DNA of 60,821 bases, filler included, from Asterionella formosa (Eukaryota): NCBI GenBank assembly GCA_002256025.1. It is 7 parts of 7 records of this genome, joined end to end, with 100 filler letters (N's around TTAATTAATTAA, not from the genome) between each part and the next. Parts side by side here need not be neighbours in the genome. Positions count along the whole stretch, not along the records: positions 17,422 to 26,025 come from NKIB01011962.1; positions 26,126 to 34,729 come from NKIB01011966.1; positions 34,830 to 43,432 come from NKIB01011977.1; 4 more parts are not named here. One strand, written 5' to 3'. The translations under genes were made by a program, and so were the position numbers. This document shows, in pieces, positions 23,988-35,915 of the stretch. Position 1 is the first letter of the stretch. Each line of letters begins with the position of its first letter. The notes beneath the pieces are model-generated. The model ran no database searches. It was not told the origin of the DNA and saw only the letters and a program-made list of their open reading frames with translations.

Positions 23988-24828
23988 ATGGCGTAAGTGT
24001 TGTGATTTGACTTCATCGGAGACGTTTGTAACGAGACAAGTGAAATAGAGATAGAAACAATGAGAGGAAGAACGAAGGAAAGGAGGATCGAACGAACAAT
24101 GAGAACGTAATTCCAATTATCCGCACCGCAGTCTTGCCTGCAATCAAGGAAGACCTGTGGATAGACTAGCGTTACCATCCGATGGAGATTGTGGGGTCTA
24201 ATCACCATGGTGACGCTCATCGTGAGCCTGAGCTGAGGTGATGTCCTGCGTCTTGATTTTCCTCTTGGATAATCAATGACTGTCTCCTACCTTTCCCATC
24301 GATTGATTTTCGCATTCCCCTCACGCTCCAAACTACGATGCTCATATCGCCTCCCCTTTCTCTCACTACTCCCCATTTTATAGAGACGAAACCCCAACGA
24401 CAGTCGCAGCGTCTGGTTCCCACTTGCCCGTGTGCAAGGAAGGAGAAGAAGTATTTGGTGTGGCACATCTCTTCGCTTCCTTCAATGACACCTTTGTCCA
24501 CATTACTGACCTTTCGGGACGAGAAACTATGGTGCGCGTCACTGGAGGCATGAAAGTCAAGGCAGATCGCGACGAATCCTCCCCATATGCGGCCATGCTT
24601 GCCGCCCAAGATGTTGCGGCCCGGTGCAAGGAATTGGGTCTCACGGCTCTTCACATTAAGGTTCGAGGGACTGGTGGAAACAAGGCCAAGTCGCCTGGAC
24701 CTGGAGCACAGTCTGCTCTTCGGGCATTGGCTAGAAATGGAATGAAGATTGGACGTATTGAAGATGTTACACCCATTCCTTCGGACTGCACTCGTCGCAA
24801 GTCTGGACGTCGTGGTCGTCGTCTTTAG
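23988..24828 (+). CDS. RPS14: 40S ribosomal protein S14 (uS11); exons 23988-23992 and 24384-24828, 391-nt intron
   Basis: ATG GC|GTAAGT...TTTTATAG|A GAC gives [47 protein letters not shown]...[23 protein letters not shown]. Confidence 0.97.
24142..24258 (+). ncRNA. candidate structured RNA element in the RPS14 intron (snoRNA-like or autoregulatory)
   Basis: Nested stems: AATCAAGG/TCTTGATT, AGACC/GGTCT, CCAT/ATGG, ATCACC/GGTGAT, GCTCA/TGAGC. C-box-like ATGGTGA and CTGA motifs lie inside. Confidence 0.4.
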
Positions 24829-25689
24829 ATTTCCTATGATTGGATTGGACGATGTCATAACAATATGGATATACTGTCGTTTTTTGCATTTTAATGAAAC
24901 AGTGGTCACTATACTACTAGCTTACCAGTGTACCGGTAGTAGGATTGTGGGGTACTGTAGATGAATGGTAGTGCCCCAAAGGCAACAAGGGATTTGTTTG
25001 TCCTTTCTGCAAGGACGAAAACATCTCCAGCACGTTTCAACCAACCAGACAAAACAAGAAGTGAAAGGAGGGCCTCAAGACTCCACAGACATGCATCATT
25101 ACTGGTTCATAGTTTGTTTTGCAAATACATCCATGACACAACCCTGATGGCCTCCCTTGCAGAAATCACTCATATGGTCTAAAAGCCTACTGGTAGGCAA
25201 ATTTAACATTGCAGTAACTTCTTCTAGGTACAGGTAAGGTTGTAATGGCAACTTCCAATAATTTGGCCAAAGTTCCATTATTGATGCAGTCAATGTTATA
25301 GACAACAAAACTTGCAGTTTTGAGGATTGTGGTTTTCAAGTGCTGCTCATTTTATTAATCAGACTTGTTGGCAAGAGAGATCTATTTCTTGCATAGGCTA
25401 TGATTGATCCACCATTCTTGAGCAGGATGCTGCCTGTGTTTGTTCATGCATGTATTGGATGGAATGCTCATGGAGGAATGATCACTTCATGTCAAGAATG
25501 TAGTACATTATGTGCCTCCTTTTGCTCATTATTTAATACATCTTCCAAACCAACAAAACATGTCATCCCTACATCTCATTCGAGTTTGTATGTACTGTCC
25601 TGTCCTGTACATATGAAGAAGTGCTCCATGTGTCTTGACATATGTAGGAACAATGACTTTGCTCCTTCCATGTAGCGGTAGTACATAAG

Positions 25690-26025
25690 TGGGCGCGCTC
25701 TGATAAAAAATTATAATGTCATCTGTATTATAACACAAATCGGGTACTTACCAGGTTTACCAAATTTGGTCAACACAAACACAAATTTTTTACAGTTATA
25801 AATAACAGTGCATTATATAAAAAGATGTTTCGGCATGAATGACTAAATAGAATTTCCCCGGAATATTTCAAGACTTGCTTGCTCATACTCAAAATGGCTT
25901 GCTCTTGCCAAAATAGGTATGCATATTGCATATCATTACATATCAATCAACCTCCTCAAAACATCGATTGTCATCGCTTTTAGATTTCGACCATGTCTCG
26001 ATCTTCTTCTGTTCAAAGGAGAGCA
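25690..26025 (+). mobile_element. end of a dispersed repeat, probably a DNA-transposon terminus (copy 1)
   Basis: Aligns for more than 200 nt with 60569-60821, starting abruptly at TGGGCGCGCTCTGATAA; the flanks upstream are unrelated. Confidence 0.7.
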
Positions 26026-26126
26026 NNNNNNNNNNNNNNNNNNNNNNNNNNNNNNNNNNNNNNNNNNNNTTAATTAATTAANNNNNNNNNNNNNNNNNNN
26101 NNNNNNNNNNNNNNNNNNNNNNNNNC

Positions 26127-27290
26127 ATGGTGGTGGCGTGCAACAACACAATACCAGCTGATGCTGAGGCGACTGAACCCGATGTAATTGTCGCAAGTTC
26201 CAGATCAGGACAATCCAATCCGCCCGTGACACTTGAAATCGAACAAGAGGTCGCATGTCAAACAAAGGCAGAACCTGGAAAATGGATTACGTTGACTCGA
26301 TACATTTCAGGGTTTACCCTCGCGTTTTCCCTCGTCCTCTTTTCTCCGCTGACTGTCCTTCGTGACGAGGAGGATAATTTTCAAAAGGAAAAGCTATCAG
26401 AAGTTATTGTTGTCTTTCTTTTGACATTGATTTGTTTCGCCTTTGTGTATAATTCAGATCCTGGCATTTTGACAGCCGAGATCTTGGCTGAGGTTTACCA
26501 GGACGACGGACTCACGTTAATTGGCTACGAAGAAGACAATGATCAGCAACACGAAGAATTTCAAATTAATACTTCTGTCGCTGAGAAACAGGATGTTTTG
26601 TCTCGACGCAATATATTGTCGGTGCAAAGTGGCATGAATTCACAACCCCATCTCGGCGAGGACCAGGAACAATTCTTTAGAGGAAGTCGTCGTAAACTAT
26701 GTGAAACATGTGATATTCATCCCCCTCTGAGGTCTCACCATTGCCGCACCTGCAATAAGTGTGTTGCTACCTTTGATCATCACTGCAAACTCATCGGGAC
26801 CTGTATTGGAGAACGAAACCATTGTCGCTTCTGGTGGTTCGTCACCTTTCAGACGCTTGCTTTTTGTTTGTATACTTCCATCATTGGATCTTCGTCTCTG
26901 GGTTTCATAACATTCTTTAACAAACCTAATCTGGATGCTGCCATTGTGGTTGTCGCCAAGTGCTATGTGTATTCATTGACCGTGACTTCAACATTGGTTT
27001 GGACAATGCATACTGTTTTTGCTATAACAAATATGACGACCTTTGAATGCGGAAAAGGACCTCGACATATTGATTACTTACGCGGCACTCGAGAGACGGA
27101 TTTGCCATTTAGCAAGGGTTTGAATTGGAATCTTCGACTGTTTTGCTGTCAACGTGATGCCTCAATGAACTGCTTGACGGGAAGCACACAATGGAAACCA
27201 ATCTTGTGGGATGCACCAGGAAAAATTATTCGCGATTCTGAAGACTGGTGGGAGAATCCTTGGCAAAACAAGTATTGGTCTTGTTGTTGA
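26127..27290 (+). CDS. DHHC-type palmitoyltransferase (ATG lies at the contig edge, so it may be 5' incomplete)
   Basis: CETCDIHPPLRSHHCRTCNKCVATFDHHCKLIGTCIGERNHCRF; DPG motif; four TM segments; NMTTFE (TTxE). Confidence 0.95.
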   Translation: MVVACNNTIPADAEATEPDVIVASSRSGQSNPPVTLEIEQEVACQTKAEPGKWITLTRYISGFTLAFSLVLFSPLTVLRDEEDNFQKEKLSEVIVVFLLTLICFAFVYNSDPGILTAEILAEVYQDDGLTLIGYEEDNDQQHEEFQINTSVAEKQDVLSRRNILSVQSGMNSQPHLGEDQEQFFRGSRRKLCETCDIHPPLRSHHCRTCNKCVATFDHHCKLIGTCIGERNHCRFWWFVTFQTLAFCLYTSIIGSSSLGFITFFNKPNLDAAIVVVAKCYVYSLTVTSTLVWTMHTVFAITNMTTFECGKGPRHIDYLRGTRETDLPFSKGLNWNLRLFCCQRDASMNCLTGSTQWKPILWDAPGKIIRDSEDWWENPWQNKYWSCC

Positions 27291-27898
27291 CGCTTGTACA
27301 TTACTATAAGTTATCTTAAATTTTGTTCTCTAAAGTGCGATGAGGTGCATGGTGGATAGCATATAGATTAAATGCAGCTCGAAACAAATCTACTCTGGAG
27401 TAGCAAGAACACTGCCGGTACTCCATTTTTTGGAGAATAAAGTAATATTCTTTCTACAGCTTATTGGTTCTCTATTACTCGATCCGATGATGTTTCACCA
27501 AGCACCCACGCACAGCCTAAGGAAGGGATGAAAGAAATTATATGTTCTGATGGATTGTCATCATGTCATGTCTGTCAATGGAGAGAGGAGGGGTATTTTA
27601 CTCAACCATAGTATCTAGTACCGTTAGTAATATGTGTGGTAGTCTAATACCTATAATTAGTCTGCTCACATATTGGAAATGGAGTACAGGTAGGTACTTC
27701 ATAACATCCATATTTTTATTAGCCATGTACTACGTAATAAATTGAATTCACATGAACAGAATGCAACATGATACCTACTACCGGTATGTAGTGACACGGT
27801 GTATGTACAATACGGTATCTAGCGAAAGAAACTACGCCGTTACATGAATAATTGCTCTCGTTCTGAATCGCTGCTGTCAACGCTATTTCTTCTCTATC

Positions 27899-28147
27899 AT
27901 GAACGACCGCAACACAGCAACGCCTAAGCAACTCGAACGACTTCAAGAAGAGTGCGCAACCATGGTACAATTATTGAAGCAATTAGAAAGAGACGAAAGG
28001 GCACTCCAAAACGAAAATGCCATATTGGCACGGGAAGCGACAATGTGCGGATACCAGCCTACACTGTTGGAGCCCGTGACAAAAGCAAAACGCAAGATGG
28101 TTCAACGGAAGATCAAAGGGGCTGAAGACGTCAACAAGGAGGAATAG
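27899..28147 (+). CDS. small coiled-coil hypothetical protein (82 aa)
   Basis: ATG ORF with a heptad pattern (LERLQEECATMVQLLKQLERDERALQNENAILA) and a basic tail. Confidence 0.55.
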   Translation: MNDRNTATPKQLERLQEECATMVQLLKQLERDERALQNENAILAREATMCGYQPTLLEPVTKAKRKMVQRKIKGAEDVNKEE

Positions 28148-28599
28148 ATTCTTGGCATGTTCTATACACCGGTGGTACACGGTTTGTTTTTGAGTTCCAA
28201 ACTTCCTCGAAACTTTGTTCGGTATCAAGTAAACTTTGTCCTTTGCCTCTGCAGAACCTCTTAATGATACTCCTACTATTTTGCATTCCACCGATTCTCT
28301 CTGCGTGGTGGTCATTGTATTGTCCAGCATCTTATTGGTGCTCAAAGAGTCGGCATAGTGCTCACACTAGTCATCAAAACTAGTTTGTTTAACATTGTTA
28401 CCTGTCACCATCGGCATTGTGGGTTTCCAGAAGTAGTTTTCATTCCGTTTCAAAATCAGTTGATGATGACTGAAGTGCAGACGATTAAAATGAAACTGAC
28501 TGGTCAATCTTGCTTACTTTAAAATTGTGAAAATAGGCTGACACGACAGCCGCACATGGTGCAATGAAGCTTCGCATTCCACCGTTCATCTTTCTCTTT

Positions 28600-28899
28600 C
28601 TATTTAGTAGACCCCATTAACTGTTTCATTCTTTTTTCAATCTTCGGCTCCGTAATAGTTCCCGAGCAATTCAAGCGTGCCTTGCGGCCCGGACTCTTGT
28701 ATCCTGAATTATGTGACATGCCAGCCTTGCTTCGTTTCAAAGATCCATCCCCTCTTACCCGAAAACGTTTGCATACACTTTTGTTGGCCTTGATGCATCG
28801 TTTGATACCCATGAATCTTGTCACTACTAATGAGTGCTGTGATGGTAGGAGTCTGGCCATGACGGGCTGCAACAAGGAGGTTGCGAAGAAACGAAACAT
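28600..28899 (-). CDS. MRPL35: mitochondrial ribosomal protein bL35m
   Basis: Arg/Ser-rich presequence, then IKANKSVCKRFRVRGDGSLKRSKAGMSHN...KS...KARL (L35 signature). Confidence 0.88.
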   Translation of the reverse strand: MFRFFATSLLQPVMARLLPSQHSLVVTRFMGIKRCIKANKSVCKRFRVRGDGSLKRSKAGMSHNSGYKSPGRKARLNCSGTITEPKIEKRMKQLMGSTK

Positions 28900-29604
28900 T
28901 TTTGCAAGGAACGAACGGATAATATGATGATCAAAAGTGTGCGAGAGGCGTGAGTTGGTCTGCGATTAACAAGAACGATTGTTGTATGAGCGAACTCTGG
29001 TGGGAGTGATGGTCTAATTGGGGGCTGATCTTATATTTGATGTGATGACTGCAGCACATTGAGCAATCATCAACCACATCGTCGTAATCATGATTGATGG
29101 TGGCTACATGTTTAGGTACACAGTGTACGCACACATACAAATTGATTGATGCGTGGTGTGTCAATCAATGCTTTCCGGTATTGCTGTACATGGTGAGTAG
29201 TACCAGGACTACCGTTCAGAAGAGATTAAGCTATATATCTCGATTATCGGATCTTATGAACCTTGGTGAGTTGTATTGGTACAGTATCGGCACCTGTTTC
29301 GGTCTATCAATTTGTACGGGTCTACGAAGGTTTTATTCAGAGTTTTAACGGTACCAGGCATACTATACGTAGTACCAGTATGTTATTCGCCGTCGTCATC
29401 AGCCCGATGCGCATGGCCAAAAGCAGAACGCAAATGAAAGTTGAGATAGCGGTAAAATTGCATCATGGTGTGGTACAGCATGAAATGATCACGGAGCCTA
29501 ACTGTATTTACAAGGTTTATTACGTACCGGTAATGCACCTATTTTCTGCTACCGGTAATGCATTGGCTAATAGTAGTTCCAGGTAACAGATTCGCGCTAC
29601 AACA

Positions 29605-30443
29605 ATGAGCACTCCAAAGACCCCATTAATCGTTTCCTTCCTAGCCGGTATTGCGGTCGCGTCGCTGTACTCATTGACACAGAAGAAACGCTCGTCCAGT
29701 CACTCCGCCCACTCTGGTGCCACAATCGAGGGCAATGACCTGTCCCTCTTTTATGGGGACAAATCAGAACTGACGACTATTACTCCCTCACGCAAGTTCC
29801 TCTCTGGAGATTTGTATGGGCGCCTCGTGAGAGATTGCGTTGTGGTATGCACCGACTGTTTGATTGTCAGGTACAATCCATCGACGGCGCGCAAGGAATG
29901 TTTGCTCGTCGAGCGAGCCTCGGAACCAGTCAAGGGGGTTTGGTGGTTGCCGGGGGGACGACTCCTCAAAGGCGAAACGTTTTTCGATGCTGCGATTAGG
30001 AAGGCAAAGCAAGAAACCGGAATTGAAGGGGTCAAGCCTATTCAAGTATTGGGATTGTGGAATACATTCTTTCCAACGTCTCACTGGTGAGTTTGTTTGC
30101 TTCATTGCTAGTTAGTTCACGAGGAGGAGCTTTCCTTGATTGTCGTTTGCCTCAATATTTTAATATTAGTTGGGACATTTGTCATTGTTTCGGTATTCCA
30201 TCGCTGACACAACACAAACACACACACACACGTAGGGACACTGAAACTAGCAAAGGGACACAAACTGTGCAACCAATTGTATTGGTGGAGTTAGACGAAC
30301 CAGGTGTAGAGGTGAAGTTGGATGAAACGAGTGAGCGGTATCGGTGGATTGGACTGTGTCCACTGGAAGCGGAAGAAAACGGAGAGGACCGCTACGTCTT
30401 GGAAGCTCTCAATCGATTGAAGGCGTGGAATCCAAGTTACTAA
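29605..30443 (+). CDS. Nudix hydrolase (GDP-mannose mannosyl hydrolase-like) with an N-terminal TM anchor; intron 30087-30235
   Basis: LLVERASEPVKGVWWLPGGRLLKGETFFDAAIRKAKQETGI. TG|GTGAGT...GCTGAC...CGTAG|G restores SHW-DTETSKGTQTV. Confidence 0.88.
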
Positions 30444-30680
30444 ATATGATTCGCAAAGCATCCATTGTGTGGATTTATTGATGTACTGGTATAACATGAT
30501 AACAAATACGAGAATAGTTGAACAGCCAGGACAACAAGAGATCGAAACTGTTTGCTTTCATTTTCTACAAGCATTTGCATCAAAATGTTATTTTCTATTA
30601 AAAAGTGATTCATGTAGTGGTGATTGTAGCACGTGACATAGTTACTAGTCCACACTTGCAACACAGTCAGAAGATGACAT

Positions 30681-33600
30681 CTAAGAGTAAAGCTCAGATC
30701 CAGTCAAGTAACTGATATCATCCCAAGGATGCCTATACAGACCCTGCTTCAAGCGCTTTTGGTCCAAGTAATGACCAACAAAGCCAAGAGAACGACCAGT
30801 CACGAACATTCCGTTCAAACATCCATTTAGGACAAGCTCGTCTGCTTCTTCCTTGCTGAAAGCGCCACAAGAACGCATCATGTCTACAAAACAAGTCGCA
30901 ATAACTCCATCAACATTCAAAATAAGATTAGCCTTCTTCTTCGTTGTCACTTGTTCGACAGCCAATGCAAACTTTAAGACGGTGTTGTCGGCGAAATTCT
31001 GCAAAGCATAATTCTTGATGATTTCCACACGCTTGTCGGGATTCGTTAAGGACTTGATGCGATGACCAATACCCATGATGAGCTTGTTGGCCTTGCGCAT
31101 GTCCTTCACAAATTGACCTGGATCGACTGCAGTGTCGGAAGCTGCACTAAACATGGCTGCTGCGTCGTCCAACGCACCACCAAAACGTGGGCCAATAGTC
31201 AATAGGCCACTGACTAGGGATGACACCAAGTCTTTCCCAGCACGAGCTGCCACAATGGTATTATGTGCTCCGGAGACAGCAGGGCCGTGGTCGGCAGTCA
31301 CCATGAGAATCATTTCAATAAACTTGGTGGCATATGAAGGAAGTTGACGACGGAACCAAAGTAGAGAAATGACCCCTCCAACACCAAGATCTTTAGCAAA
31401 GACTTCGCTAATCGGCATGCCACTGTAGTGCAACTCTTCCCCACGGTCATCGGAAATAGAAGAAATGAAGTTGGCAGGTTTGCGAACCAATCCAAGACGC
31501 TTCGCCCATGTGTAATCCATGGGAACTTTGGGAACCTCGGGCTCGGGAGCAGGAACTAAGGTCCCAGCGGCAACCAAAGCATTGTAAACTTCATTGATCT
31601 TGAGGCCAAATTCGCCAAAGTTATCTGGGACGTAAGCGCCAGCCTCCTTTAGCGCCTTATTCTTGGCAATGGCAGTTTCCATATCTCCTCTTGCCAAGGC
31701 ACCTGCGTGACCAAACTGTACTTCGAACGGAAAGATGGAAGCACATGTACCAATGCACCAGGCAACAAGCGGTTTGGAAATCCGACCCGACTTGATGGCG
31801 TCACATATTTCGTATTCATCAATACCACCGACTTCTCCCAAGAGAACCAACATATGTACTGAGGGATTGTCGTTGTATCGCAAGAGGTGATCCATGAAGC
31901 GAGATCCAGGATAACGATCACCACCAATAGCCACACCCTCGAAGACACCATCCGAGTTTCGGCAGATAATATTATTTAGCTCATTGCTCATGCCACCACT
32001 CTTCGAGACGTATGCAACCGAACCAGGGCGGTACAATTTCGACATGACAATATTGTCAAGCATACCTCCAGTGTTTCCAATTCGAAAAGCACCCGGCTTG
32101 ATTCCACCAACGGTCGCAGGACCAATAATACCGACGCCTTTCTTTTCGGCAGCCTTGTTCAAAATACGCGTTTGGGATTCTGGGACACCTTCAGCGATAA
32201 TGGCTATGGTCTTAATCTGATCCGAGAACTCAAGGATTTCATTTACGGAAGAAAATACGGAACGGAAGGAGGAAAAGTTAACAGCAACTGTGACTTCCGG
32301 ATGTTTCTGAAACGCTTCCTTCATAGATTGGTAGACGGGCATGAGGATCTCGTCAGTCCCCCAATAAAACTTGATGTAATGATTGGACGAAAAAGGAAAG
32401 ATCATGGCAGCAACCGAAGGCTTTTCGCGTTTGCACATGTAATCAAAGTCCAACATCCCTTGGACCGCCCGATGTTGAAGGCCGTAGACGACGCATCGCG
32501 TCTTGGCAGTAAAGTTTTCAACTTTGTGATCGGCCTCGTGCTCCACAACCATAGATTCCGGCTCAGGTTTAGATCCTGCGGACAGATCAATGTGCGATCC
32601 CTTACGGGAAATAGGCTTGGCCAGATATTGGTCATTGTCGAATTCCGGAAAGTCTTCCAACTTGGCCAATCCTAGGGCAAGTGGCACAATCGCGGTAATA
32701 TGTGTTTCAGGGCCGTAAATGAAAATCGGAAGACCGGTTCTGTTGGCACAATCGCGCATCATTCCCAAGCCCTCTTGAAAGTTAGGTCCAGCACGCCGAA
32801 CGTATATTTTGATCTAAACCATCAAGGTAGAGGCGAGAATATTGGTGAGATACAGTCCAAGAAACACCCTAGATGGCAACAAATTTCATGCCTTGTACTT
32901 ACATCATGTGCCTTGAGGTCGTCTTGAAAGGAAAAAAGAGCTTTGATCAATCCAGTAAACGTAGCCGCAACATCAGTAAAGTTTGCAATACCACCTCCAA
33001 TAATAAAAATCTTTCCTCGTGGATCCTTCTCTCTGGTCATCAATCCAATCAATGTCTTGGCGTATTCATACGTATGCTCGGTGGAAGGTGCTCCAGAATA
33101 CTCTCCGTAGTTGGCTAGTTCATTTCCGAACCCCAAATCACTAATTGTGTCAGCATATACCACGCTGGCTCCACCACCAGCCACCATGGTCCACACCCGT
33201 CCCTTGTGATTGAGAATGGTGAGCTTGAGCGACGCGCCAGTCTTACCATCAAGCTCGCGAATGTATGCCTCCTCTGGGAATTCTCTGCGTCCGAATGGAG
33301 CGGGGAAGTCCAGATACCCCCACTGAGTGGCATTGAGAAAGGCAGCGGTTTCGTCAATCTTGGCCGCCAAATCCAACGGCACAATCTGGTTATCGTCTGT
33401 GTATACAATAGGGTTGATCTCCATGTAGGTGAAGTTGAGCAAACGGTATGCCTTGAAGAGAGCGAGGACGAATGAAGCAAGGCGATCCATCCGGCCTTCA
33501 GGAACACCGTTAAGCAACGCCGACGTCTTGATGGAATCTTCCGAGATGCTTGAATCATCAATCTCAACATGAAGGCGCGACGCTTTGGAATCAACATCAC

Positions 33601-34033
33601 CTACATCCACGCCACCTTCGGCGCAGAACAAGATTTCCTCCCCGTCACGATCGCTCTGAATGCAAATGTAGTATTCGTCTTGTTGCGCATGCGGCAAGAA
33701 TGGCTCTACAATGAAATGATCCAGCGCTCCCGTGGCGTGCTCGACCTGGATTTCCTTATTCATCCGCTCAGCAATCCAGGCTTGCACTTGTGTCCAGTCC
33801 ATCTTGATGCCGACCAATCCAGCCTTTCCCCGCCGCTTGATGAGCTGATCTGGTTTGACCACCAACGTCGTGTCGCTCAACCAGGGTTCCTCAGCAAGGA
33901 GTGCCTTGAGGTCTGTTCCGGACGTGATGAGCGCCGATCGATCATCTATGCAATGCTGTCCGTGCGAAAGCTCTTTCACGTACTTGGCAAGGAGCTTCTT
34001 GCCGTGGTACTCGCGAACGGCTTTGGCTGACAT
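30681..34033 (-). CDS. ACLY: ATP-citrate lyase, single-chain (both modules fused); intron 32814-32902
   Basis: [50 protein letters not shown]...TTTAG|ATC joins to [15 protein letters not shown]. Then GPATVGG, FGHAGA (phospho-His), [14 protein letters not shown]. Confidence 0.97.
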
Positions 34034-34220
34034 GTTGAGGAGTGGCTATAGTTGCTGATATCGGAATCGGTAGAGGGACGTTTAGCTAGAGGGGTGGTAT
34101 GTTATGGATGCAACCAATGCTAGTCTCGGGTTCACTGCTGCACACGGAAATGAAGGCAATCGAACGAGATTTGTGTCGACGACGAAGCAGATTTGTGTCC
34201 ACGTGGGAAAGGTACCTGGT

Positions 34221-34630
34221 ACGTCATGTACCTGCAAGTTGCGGTCATTTTGCTGAAATTCATAACGTGACGCAGGACAGGCGTTTGTTACTTAGAAAAC
34301 GTCATCAATTCACTCTTTAAAATCGTCTGTATGCGCATGGTGATCACCATTTAGTGACGTACTAGGTTTTATGCTAATTTTATTCTTCAAAACAGGGAAA
34401 CGTCAAGAAAACACAACAATGACCAGGCAATAGAGGGGTGGCTCGAAGCAAAAGTAACAGCCAGCATCATCATAAGTAGCAACAACGACCCGGTAAAACT
34501 ACTGGTACCTGGTACCGTATTATGTATTTACAGTATGTACACATGTACAGTGTATTATTTAGACTACCGGTATATCGACTGTCGACTTGTTACGTCATTT
34601 CAGCTGAATTTTTACATTCAGCTGAAATGA
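34221..34630. promoter_or_regulatory. cluster of TGACGT (bZIP/aureochrome-type) sites and a 15-bp inverted repeat upstream of ATP-citrate lyase
   Basis: ACGTCA/TGACGT at 34221, 34299, 34355, 34400 and 34592. TCATTTCAGCTGAAT (34595-34609) / ATTCAGCTGAAATGA (34616-34630). Confidence 0.5.
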
Positions 34631-34829
34631 TATGAGCACTCAAAATCTGGAGAATAAATTTGTTCTTCAAATTAAATTAGCTTTAAGTATATATATTTGT
34701 GACGCAGGCCTCATGATTCATCCTATGTANNNNNNNNNNNNNNNNNNNNNNNNNNNNNNNNNNNNNNNNNNNNTTAATTAATTAANNNNNNNNNNNNNNN
34801 NNNNNNNNNNNNNNNNNNNNNNNNNNNNN

Positions 34830-35068
34830 TAACACTCGTACGTAGACGAAATTTCGAAAAGTCAAATGAATTATTTGAAACATCAACTAATTCAGTCTCG
34901 CGTTCAAAATTCATTGTGAAAACTTCACATGAAACAGTTAAAACTTCACATGAAACCGTTAAAAGTAATCTTTTTTACGTGAAGAGTGGCATTAATGCAT
35001 GTGAAGTACCACATAATTAACACTCATACGTAGACGAAATTTCGAAAAGTGGCGTATTTCGCGTCTTA
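34830..35068. repeat. repeat-rich end of a probable non-autonomous DNA element abutting the LINE
   Basis: taacactc(g/a)tacgtagacgaaatttcgaaaagt at about 34830 and about 35018; 21-nt tandem aaaacttcacatgaaac(a/c)gtt x2. Confidence 0.55.
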
Positions 35069-35915
35069 GATGCAACATCAGAGGAAAGACAGGGAAATAA
35101 TTTTGATGATGGATGCCAATGAGGAAATTGGAATAAACTCCAAGGGAATCGCAACACTGCTAAGTGAATGCTCATTGACAGATTTACTACAACACAGGCA
35201 TCCTACTTTACAATCCCCAGTTACATACAACAGGGGTACAAAATCAATAGATTATATATTGGGAACATCACATTTCAATGAGGCAGTGGAAAGGTGCGGG
35301 ATACTTCCTTTTTATCATCACATACAAGCAGAACATCGAGCAATATACATCGATTTTCATGCAAACAAGCTAGTAGGAGGAAACCAACATGATATCGCAG
35401 CATTCAAAAGTAGACAATTACAGTCTACAAATACAGAAGAATGCAGGAAATATCTTACGGTAGTAAAAAATACTGGAGAATTCATAAGATTGTGGCAAGG
35501 ATAGATGCATTAGTAGAAGGTTTAAGTGCATTAAGGGAAGACATACAGGCTGAATGTGAAAAATTGGATCACAACATACTAGGCAGGGCAATGATAATAG
35601 GAGAGAAGGCAGTAAGGAAACCAATGGGGAAACATTCCTGGTCCAAGCAATTGAGGAAAGCAGCGTATCATCATCAGTATTGTAAGAGGAGATGTAAAAT
35701 GCATGAATACGGGATAGAAGAGGACGAAGTGATGGAGGAACTTCGCCTCACAGCGGGAATCCTCCCAACCGAAATTTGCATAGGTTGCTCCAGGGAAAAA
35801 CTGTTATCAAAATGCACGACCAGCAAGACACAATTAAGAGATGTGCAAAAACAATCGATATCAATTCGTAGGAGGGAACTGGAAGAAGAGCTAGAGCATC
35901 TAGAGGGTTATTCAT

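Noticed and set aside
24217..24909. 230-aa antisense ORF over RPS14, and similar antisense ORFs over ACL, the helicases and the zinc-ribbon gene
   Set aside because: These are shadow ORFs of conserved sense genes and show no motifs of their own.
24960..25680. Short ORFs downstream of RPS14
   Set aside because: No motif and several competing frames; probably decayed repeat DNA.
28457..28503. C/D snoRNA-like ATGATGA...CTGA
   Set aside because: Only about 26 nt lie between the boxes, the terminal stem does not fit K-turn geometry, and no guide is evident.
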